Source: an uncultured Gammaproteobacteria bacterium
GTDB lineage: Bacteria; Patescibacteriota; Patescibacteriia; Buchananbacterales; UBA6539
DNA: 35,912 bases
NCBI GenBank assembly: GCA_964470025.1
Contig: CAYXZR010000006.1
Location: forward strand, 1-35,912
Direction: 5' to 3'
Position 1 is the stretch's first letter. The number at the start of each line of letters is the position of its first letter. The notes under the pieces are model-generated. The model was not told the origin of the DNA. It saw nothing but the letters and a program-made list of their open reading frames with translations, and made no database searches. Shown piece after piece: positions 28,331 through 33,627 of this stretch. Both the position numbers and the translations under genes were made by a program.

Positions 28331-28360
28331 TAAAAAAGGACCGCCAAAATGGTGGTCCTT
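28331..28360 (-). terminator. intrinsic terminator after leuA
   Basis: Minus strand reads AAGGACCACC-ATTTT-GGCGGTCCTT followed by TTTTTATTTTC. Confidence 0.7.
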
Positions 28361-28370
28361 AAAAGAACGA

Positions 28371-30068
28371 TTATCCCTGTGTTTTAAGGACTTTCTTGGA
28401 ACGACTGATGGCAGCGAGAATCGCCTTGATATTTACATTGCTTGAGTTAGTATCAAGCGCAGCACCCCAGACTTCGACATCGCCAAACGTAAGTTTAACA
28501 AACGATACAGCTGCAGCCTCTGAGCCTAAGCCAGTTGTTGAATCGACAAAATCGACCACCTTAAACCCATTAACTCCAAACTCAGCAAGACCATTCACAA
28601 ATGCATTGATTGGGCCATTACCAGTTCCGATGACTTGCTGCTCACTGCCTTCGACATTGATTTTAGCAAAGACAGTCACCTCGTCACCATCTTGGTTACT
28701 AGAGAACTTAACTAAGGTATGACTACCAGTTGGCTGCATAAATTCATCTTTAAACCATGCCATCACCTGCTCTGCTGTTGCTTCGCCTGCATTGTGATCA
28801 AGATATCCCTGAATCACCTGCCTGACAAATGGTTGAGCGGCTTTGGGAATACTAATGCCGTATTGCTCACGCAACACATGTGCAATGCCTCCCTTACCAC
28901 TCTGCGCATTGATACGGATGATTTTTTCAAACATCCTACCGACGTCCGCTGGGTTAATTATCAAATATGGCGCTTTCCAGCTACCATCTGGCTGGGTGGG
29001 ATTCACTAACCCCTTGCTGATTGCATCTTGGTGGGACCCTGAAAATGCAACATAGACAAGTTCTCCCACATATGGATGCCGAGGATCGATAGGCATGCCC
29101 GTAATTCTCACGACAGTTTCAACTATCTGAGAAAGATTACTAAAGTCGTACTCTAAGGGCAGTTCAATCCCCATTGCCATGCAGTTGAGAATCATAATAA
29201 CTAGGTCAACGTTTCCAGTTCGTTCACCGTGTCGAAAGAGTGTACCCTCGACTCGATCTGCGCCAGCAAGCACTGCATATGTTGCTGAAGCAGTTGCCAT
29301 GTCTTGATCGTTATGAGGATGCGCTGAAATTATCACACTCTCTCGATGAGTGAAACTGCGACAGAAGTATTCAAACTTGTCAGCAACTCGGTGAGGCCAC
29401 ATACGCTCAACAGTGGCCGGGAGATTAAATATCATGCGATTGTCAGGAGTTGCTTTGTTCCAGGCTGTAAACACAGCTTCACAAATCTCCAGAGCAAAAT
29501 CGATGTCAGTATCGGTAAATTCTTCTGGTGAGAACTCCAGATTAATCTGACTGCCAGACATCTGATCTGCAAGCATACTGATGAGCTCGACTGCATGAAC
29601 TGCTCGTGAGATTGTACTTTTTCTATCCAGCTGAAATACACCCTGCATATGCAGCTCTGAAGTGGCGATGTAGGCATGAACAATTGCCTGCTTTACGCCT
29701 ACAAGCGATTCAAAGGTTTTGCGGATCAAGTCTTCTCTGCACTGGGTGAGTACAGCGATGGTTACGTCATCAGGGATGTGGCCTTTTTCGATCAAGAGCC
29801 GAATAAACTCATAATCGTCCTGACTTGCCGAAGGAAAGCCAACCTCTATCTCCTTAAACCCAATACCGACAAGCATGTGAAAGTACTCAAGCTTCTGCTC
29901 AGGGCTCATGGGATTTTCGAGTGCTTGATTGCCATCTCGTAAGCACACGGAGGCAAATGTTACATGCGAAAACGCTTCGGCTTCGTTTCTGTCCGGCCAT
30001 GTTCGGTTGCTGAGCTTAACTGGCTGCGGGGGCCTGTACTGAGTGCGGGTAGCGACTGTAGATGTCAT
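28371..30068 (-). CDS. leuA: 2-isopropylmalate synthase, long (LeuA type 2) form
   Basis: 565 aa with LRDGNQA, HPHNDQDMATA and GERTGN motifs and a C-terminal regulatory domain. Confidence 0.88.
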   Translation of the reverse strand: MTSTVATRTQYRPPQPVKLSNRTWPDRNEAEAFSHVTFASVCLRDGNQALENPMSPEQKLEYFHMLVGIGFKEIEVGFPSASQDDYEFIRLLIEKGHIPDDVTIAVLTQCREDLIRKTFESLVGVKQAIVHAYIATSELHMQGVFQLDRKSTISRAVHAVELISMLADQMSGSQINLEFSPEEFTDTDIDFALEICEAVFTAWNKATPDNRMIFNLPATVERMWPHRVADKFEYFCRSFTHRESVIISAHPHNDQDMATASATYAVLAGADRVEGTLFRHGERTGNVDLVIMILNCMAMGIELPLEYDFSNLSQIVETVVRITGMPIDPRHPYVGELVYVAFSGSHQDAISKGLVNPTQPDGSWKAPYLIINPADVGRMFEKIIRINAQSGKGGIAHVLREQYGISIPKAAQPFVRQVIQGYLDHNAGEATAEQVMAWFKDEFMQPTGSHTLVKFSSNQDGDEVTVFAKINVEGSEQQVIGTGNGPINAFVNGLAEFGVNGFKVVDFVDSTTGLGSEAAAVSFVKLTFGDVEVWGAALDTNSSNVNIKAILAAISRSKKVLKTQG

Positions 30069-30103
30069 GATGGAACTTTTTCTCCTATTCCAAGATTGTA
30101 AAG

Positions 30104-30128
30104 ATCAAAAAACCTTCCGAGTGGAAGG
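30104..30128 (-). terminator. attenuator terminator in the leuA leader
   Basis: Minus strand reads CCTTCC-ACTC-GGAAGG followed by TTTTTTGATC. Confidence 0.65.
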
Positions 30129-30157
30129 CTGACTACTGAGTATATTTGCTACAAAAT

Positions 30158-30241
30158 TTACGCATCAATCAAACTTCCACCTTGAGGCTGGCTAAGAAGC
30201 AGGCTGAGCAGAAGTGAATTTTGTGCGTAAGAATAGTTCAT
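30158..30241 (-). CDS. Leu-rich leader peptide MNYSYAQNSLLLSLLLSQPQGGSLIDA
   Basis: 27 codons, verified, with 6 Leu in 7 positions and a TAA stop at 30160-30158. Confidence 0.7.
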   Translation of the reverse strand: MNYSYAQNSLLLSLLLSQPQGGSLIDA

Positions 30242-30254
30242 ATTGCTATTTATC

Positions 30255-30283
30255 AACCTATCTTAGATGGATTATTTTGTCAA
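30255..30283 (-). promoter_or_regulatory. promoter (TTGACA-17-TAGGTT)
   Basis: It abuts the upstream terminator T-run. Confidence 0.4.
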
Positions 30284-30314
30284 ATAAAAAAGCCTTGCTG
30301 GAACAACAAGGCTT
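30284..30314 (-). terminator. intrinsic terminator after the 100-aa ORF
   Basis: Minus strand reads AGCCTTGTTG-TTC-CAGCAAGGCT followed by TTTTTTATT. Confidence 0.7.
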
Positions 30315-30320
30315 GAAATG

Positions 30321-30623
30321 TTACTCATCCTCATCCTTGAGGATATACATAATCTCCGATGGAATCTCCGGCAAGTTGTCACCTAACAAGGTAACAATAT
30401 ATGGGATGCTTCTATCAAGTAATTCTTGGACCATGTGCCTTTGACGACTTCTTTTAGCAATAGGACCGGGCATTTGAACGCGTCTCAACAAAGTATCTGC
30501 TTCCCTAAGCTGCTGAAGAAGTCTTTTCTGAAGATACCCGGGGTCTTGCTCTCTCTGCCATACTGGTGCATTGCCCATAGTCTCTACCTGGACGACGACA
30601 CACGAATCGAACTGTCCTTCCAT
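30321..30623 (-). CDS. hypothetical 100-aa protein under a branched-chain-type attenuator
   Basis: GGAGAG SD plus its own promoter, leader, attenuator and terminator. I recognise no family. Confidence 0.6.
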   Translation of the reverse strand: MEGQFDSCVVVQVETMGNAPVWQREQDPGYLQKRLLQQLREADTLLRRVQMPGPIAKRSRQRHMVQELLDRSIPYIVTLLGDNLPEIPSEIMYILKDEDE

Positions 30624-30654
30624 GAGTAACTCTCCTTAAGATGAAATGAGCGGG

Positions 30655-30683
30655 CAAACAAAAACTAGTCTTTGTGAGACTAG
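30655..30683 (-). terminator. attenuator terminator in the leader of the 100-aa ORF
   Basis: Minus strand reads CTAGTCT-CACAA-AGACTAG followed by TTTTTGTTTG. Confidence 0.65.
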
Positions 30684-30728
30684 AATGTTTCGTTTGCTTT
30701 TTTGTGAAATTTATCGCATCAAAACACC

Positions 30729-30794
30729 CTAGTCGCTTTTGACTAGTACCACCTTAATGATTTGCTTAATCAGATTGTGTGGTTGTGTTTTCAT
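30729..30794 (-). CDS. Ile/Val/Leu/Lys-rich leader peptide MKTQPHNLIKQIIKVVLVKSD
   Basis: 21 codons, verified, with a TAG stop at 30731-30729. The last codons form a CTAGTC/GACTAG hairpin that can swap partners with the terminator arms. Confidence 0.6.
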   Translation of the reverse strand: MKTQPHNLIKQIIKVVLVKSD

Positions 30795-30805
30795 ACAATA
30801 TATTT

Positions 30806-30834
30806 AGCATATACCCGTTAAAAAGATGTGTCAA
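30806..30834 (-). promoter_or_regulatory. promoter (TTGACA-17-TATGCT)
   Basis: It abuts the cimA terminator T-run. Confidence 0.45.
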
Positions 30835-30861
30835 GAAAAAAGACCAAGTAACACTTGGTCT
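30835..30861 (-). terminator. intrinsic terminator after cimA
   Basis: Minus strand reads AGACCAAGT-GTT-ACTTGGTCT followed by TTTTTTC. Confidence 0.7.
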
Positions 30862-30867
30862 GGGTAT

Positions 30868-32409
30868 TTAAGGTGCGGTAGTTAGTCGACCGAGCAATAA
30901 TTTGTAATTAATCATCACTTCGGTAGCACGAATAGCAGCAATAACCTGATCGGTGTGAACTCCCCTTGTTTCAATCCGTACTGAATTGTCCCAGGTGATC
31001 GTTGCTTCAACAGGAGCATCAGTCTGGCCACCAGGTGGAATGTGCGCATCAAAGTCAGATAGTCGAGGGATGCTAAATGGTAATTCTAGCTGCGGCTCAA
31101 TATCTCGCAACGCATTCATGAAGGCATCATAGCCACCTGCCCCAGCAGCATGCGCTTCAAACTCTTTGTCACCTACGGCTATACGAATTGACGCAACAGG
31201 GCGGACTGACCTGTTGGTTGTGATAGTTGCGTGTGTCACCCTGAAAGCATCTTCTACTTCCAGCTTGAGAACTTTAGCAACTATGAATGGTAGATCCTCT
31301 CTGGTTACCGACTCTTTCATGTCACCGCGCCGGATAACTTCATTCAATACCAATGCTCGCTCTTCTGGACTCAGATCAAAACCAAGCTCGGCTACATTAA
31401 ACTCAATATTAGCTCTTCCAGACAGCTTACCTAGGGCATAGTGACGCGATCGACCGAAACGTTGTGGTGCAAGCACGCTGCCGTAGAGATCTCCTTTCTT
31501 GTCACCATCGGCATGTATGCCTGCTGTTTGCGTAAAAGCATTTTTTCCGAGAATTGGACAATTGGTTGCGACCTTTTGCCTACTTGCAGCTTGCACCAAC
31601 GCGCTGACAGCACTAAGCCGTGTTTCATCTACTGCGGTTTGGCGCTCAGTGTGATCACGAATAGCTGCGACCACTTCTGCCTGTGCTGCATTACCAGCGC
31701 GCTCTCCTAATCCATTTACCGTGACATGGACTCCAGCGACTCCACAACGCGCAGCGGCAATAGTGTTTGCAGTTGCAAAGCCGTAATCATTGTGCGCATG
31801 AAACTCAAATGTCAAACGATCATTATATCGCTCAAGTGTTTCTGAGAGAAACTGCTCGACCTGCCAAGGGTTTAATACCCCAAGCGTATCAGGCAACAAC
31901 ACTCGATCAACTTCCATAGTGCAGAGCGCATCAAGTAGTTGCCAAACGTACTCAGAATCATCCTTGATGCCGTTTGACCAATCCTCTAGATACACGTTAA
32001 CTGTTACCCCATGAGAACGTGCGTATGCAACAGTGTCAGTGATATCTTCTATGTGCTGCTCAAGTGACTTGCGCAACTGGCCACTGCAATGCTTACGAGA
32101 GCCTTTGCAAAGTAGATTCATCCGCTGACAGCCTGCGGCAATAAGCCAATTAACTGACAGCTCATGATCTACAAAACTCAGCACTTCAACTCGGTCTTGC
32201 ATTCCCACAGTAAGTGCCCAGTCCATAATGACTCTGACTGCTTGTTGCTCACCGTCGCTGACACGACAAGAAGCGACTTCGATTCGGTCTACTCCAACTT
32301 GTTGCAACAACATTTGTGCAATTGCCAATTTTTCTTCAGCGGCAAATGCAACTCCTTGTGTCTGTTCGCCATCGCGAAGGGTTGTGTCCATGATACTGAT
32401 TGTACTCAT
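30868..32409 (-). CDS. cimA: citramalate synthase / 2-isopropylmalate synthase family enzyme; the Ile-type leader favours CimA
   Basis: 513 aa with TLRDGEQ, HAHNDYGFATAN and GERAGNA motifs and a LeuA-type C-terminal domain. The substrate call rests on the Ile-rich leader and is an inference. Confidence 0.75.
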   Translation of the reverse strand: MSTISIMDTTLRDGEQTQGVAFAAEEKLAIAQMLLQQVGVDRIEVASCRVSDGEQQAVRVIMDWALTVGMQDRVEVLSFVDHELSVNWLIAAGCQRMNLLCKGSRKHCSGQLRKSLEQHIEDITDTVAYARSHGVTVNVYLEDWSNGIKDDSEYVWQLLDALCTMEVDRVLLPDTLGVLNPWQVEQFLSETLERYNDRLTFEFHAHNDYGFATANTIAAARCGVAGVHVTVNGLGERAGNAAQAEVVAAIRDHTERQTAVDETRLSAVSALVQAASRQKVATNCPILGKNAFTQTAGIHADGDKKGDLYGSVLAPQRFGRSRHYALGKLSGRANIEFNVAELGFDLSPEERALVLNEVIRRGDMKESVTREDLPFIVAKVLKLEVEDAFRVTHATITTNRSVRPVASIRIAVGDKEFEAHAAGAGGYDAFMNALRDIEPQLELPFSIPRLSDFDAHIPPGGQTDAPVEATITWDNSVRIETRGVHTDQVIAAIRATEVMINYKLLLGRLTTAP

Positions 32410-32584
32410 GTGCCTGCTCCTGTGGTAGTTTGTGAAAGATCAATTTGAAAAACAAGACAAACAAAAAATCCAGCTGGTGGCTGGACTCTCAAATCGTTTT
32501 GTTCAACGTTTACTAGAAAGCGGCCACCCGTGTAGGCTGGATAATAATGCTAATAATTGAAATGTTAGCGTATTGTGCTTTCAT
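32336..32584 (-). CDS. Ile-rich leader ORF MKAQYANISIISIIIQPTRVAG...; literal frame stays open for 82 codons
   Basis: ATG at 32584. There are 6 Ile in 8 positions. By manual translation the first in-frame stop is TGA at 32338-32336, inside cimA. A TAG-TAA pair (32514-32509) lies one frame off, at the position where a leader stop would be expected. This ORF is not in the supplied track, so it needs re-checking. Confidence 0.45.
32461..32484 (-). terminator. attenuator terminator in the cimA leader
   Basis: Minus strand reads TCCAGC-CACCA-GCTGGA followed by TTTTTTGTTGTC. Confidence 0.6.
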
Positions 32585-32590
32585 ATAATT

Positions 32591-32619
32591 ACTCTATCGC
32601 TTATCACCTATAGTGTCAA
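32591..32619 (-). promoter_or_regulatory. promoter (TTGACA-17-TAGAGT), 6 nt upstream of the leader ATG
   Basis: It abuts the tRNA-operon terminator T-run. The spacing predicts a leaderless or near-leaderless leader ORF. Confidence 0.45.
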
Positions 32620-32623
32620 ATAT

Positions 32624-32661
32624 AAAATAAAAAGCCCAATGAAGGTGGACCTACATTGGGC
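32624..32661 (-). terminator. intrinsic terminator closing the tRNA / structured-RNA unit
   Basis: Minus strand reads GCCCAATG-(12 nt)-CATTGGGC followed by TTTTTATTTT. Confidence 0.7.
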
Positions 32662-32701
32662 AAACTAAGAACAAAAGAACAAAACTACTAAAGAGCAAAT
32701 G

Positions 32702-32783
32702 TGGTCGGGCTAGAAGGAATCGAACCTTCGACCATGTGATGCTAGACTGCATCACACCGCTCTACCGACTGAGCTATAGCCCG
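32702..32783 (-). tRNA. atypical tRNA (82 nt with CCA) with Pro-like acceptor and an 8-9 bp anticodon stem
   Basis: The acceptor (CGGGCTA/TAGCCCG, A73), D arm (GCTC-AGTCGGTA-GAGC) and T arm (GAAGG-TTCGATT-CCTTC) are normal. The anticodon arm is TGTGATGC-AGTCTA-GCATCACA. Confidence 0.6.
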
Positions 32784-32886
32784 AGTGGAGAAAGAGCAGA
32801 TGTGGGGAATCATACTATCATCCACTCTTCCTCCGTGGGTTTGCCGGCGCAACTCTCTATGAAAGCCAGTGCCTGGCAAAAATTTC
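32784..32886 (-). ncRNA. structured spacer: 16-bp imperfect helix plus a small hairpin
   Basis: 32787-32802 pairs with 32819-32834. All three non-Watson-Crick positions are G-U on the minus strand and A-C on the plus strand. Confidence 0.45.
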
Positions 32887-32965
32887 AGGGGATGACAGGA
32901 GTCGAACCTGTGAGCTACTAAGCCACGTTGGCAAAGATACGCTCTAGCAATTAACTAACATCCCC
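32887..32965 (-). pseudogene. degenerate tRNA-Gly(GCC)-like element, no CCA
   Basis: The acceptor (GGGGATG/CATCCCC, U73), T arm (ACAGG-TTCGACT-CCTGT) and the loop heptamer TTGCCAA are all present, and that heptamer is identical to the one in the neighbouring tRNA-Gly. The anticodon and D stems do not pair, and the variable region is 11 nt. Confidence 0.5.
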
Positions 32966-33160
32966 TTTGTTGCGTCCACTACCTGTACAGCTGCCGTGCC
33001 CTGGTAGACGCAATGCTTGGGAACAAAAATTCGACGGGAGGTATGAATACCAGCAAAGAGCTGGTCCAAAAGATACGAGTGAAACTCGATCTCCAGTACA
33101 GACTGGTCCTCCCTTTGCGCTAGCATGAACGACTAAGAGTCGCTGGCATTGCGCAATAAA
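32966..33160 (-). ncRNA. structured spacer: multi-branched fold
   Basis: Helices 32970-79/33004-13, 33036-41/33108-13 (enclosing three 5-bp hairpins), 33115-20/33151-56 and 33129-34/33138-43. Confidence 0.45.
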
Positions 33161-33237
33161 TGGAGCTGCTGACGAGACTCGAACTCGCGACATCTTCCTT
33201 GGCAAGGAAGCGCTCTGACCAACTGAGCTACAGCAGC
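33161..33237 (-). tRNA. tRNA-Gly (anticodon GCC), CCA encoded
   Basis: Clean cloverleaf with loop UUGCCAA and U73. Confidence 0.9.
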
Positions 33238-33465
33238 TCTGAAATTTTTTGGGGAATGGAGTGTTCCAGGTCACCATCCCCCAAAGGTTGCAAACTTGTT
33301 ACTACTTGCAACCTGTTAGAAGCTGAGGTTGATTCCTCAAGAACTCTGTCTTTTGAGTCCGAGCAGCTACAAAGGCGCTCGCTTCCCTGCTCTACTCACG
33401 ATTACTGCTAGCCTGGCTGCGCGACTAACATCATGAGTAGCTTGCACCTGGCGCTGGTGCAAGAT
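33238..33465 (-). ncRNA. structured spacer: seven back-to-back hairpins
   Basis: Helices tile 33251-33462 almost without gaps. The coordinates are listed in the findings. Confidence 0.45.
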
Positions 33466-33542
33466 TGGCACACGTGGCCGGATTCGAACCGACGACAAGC
33501 GCATTGAGTTTTGCGCTGCTCTACCAACTGAGCTACACGTGC
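33466..33542 (-). tRNA. atypical tRNA with an 8-nt anticodon loop (AAACUCAA), G73, CCA encoded
   Basis: GCACGTG-TA-GCTC-AGTTGGTA-GAGC-A-GCGCA-AAACTCAA-TGCGC-TTGTC-GTCGG-TTCGAAT-CCGGC-CACGTGT-G-CCA. All other arms are canonical. Confidence 0.6.
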
Positions 33543-33551
33543 ACTAAAGCT

Positions 33552-33627
33552 TGGAGGACGTGATAGGATTCGAACCTACGACCAATGACTCCCAAAGTCA
33601 CTGCTCTGCCATCTGAGCTACACGTCC
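33552..33627 (-). tRNA. tRNA-Pro (anticodon UGG), CCA encoded, with non-bacterial-type G1:C72/U73 acceptor
   Basis: Cloverleaf with loop UUUGGGA. The acceptor and D arm are near-identical to those of the adjacent 8-nt-loop tRNA. Confidence 0.8.

Noticed and set aside
30766-30810. Alternative Thr-containing leader frame MLNILYENTTTQSD upstream of the 100-aa ORF
   Set aside because: Its ATG overlaps the predicted -10 box (TATGCT), so it would lie upstream of the transcription start. The MKTQ frame is also homologous to the MKAQ leaders of the neighbouring units.
32887-33285. tmRNA (ssrA): a GGGGATG 5' end paired with a GGTTCGACTCC T arm and CATCCCC 3' end
   Set aside because: The matching acceptor halves are only about 70 nt apart. 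The more distant GGGGGATGG candidate is separated from the 3' end by a complete tRNA-Gly. There is no TTCGAC-type tRNA-like-domain sequence, no credible resume codon or tag ORF ending in hydrophobic residues, and no encoded CCA.
32736-33411. Track ORFs 32736..32921(+), 32944..33126(-), 32951..33277(-) and 33160..33411(+)
   Set aside because: They run through tRNA genes and the helical spacers, have no SD or promoter logic, and give implausible peptide composition. The region is better explained as RNA.
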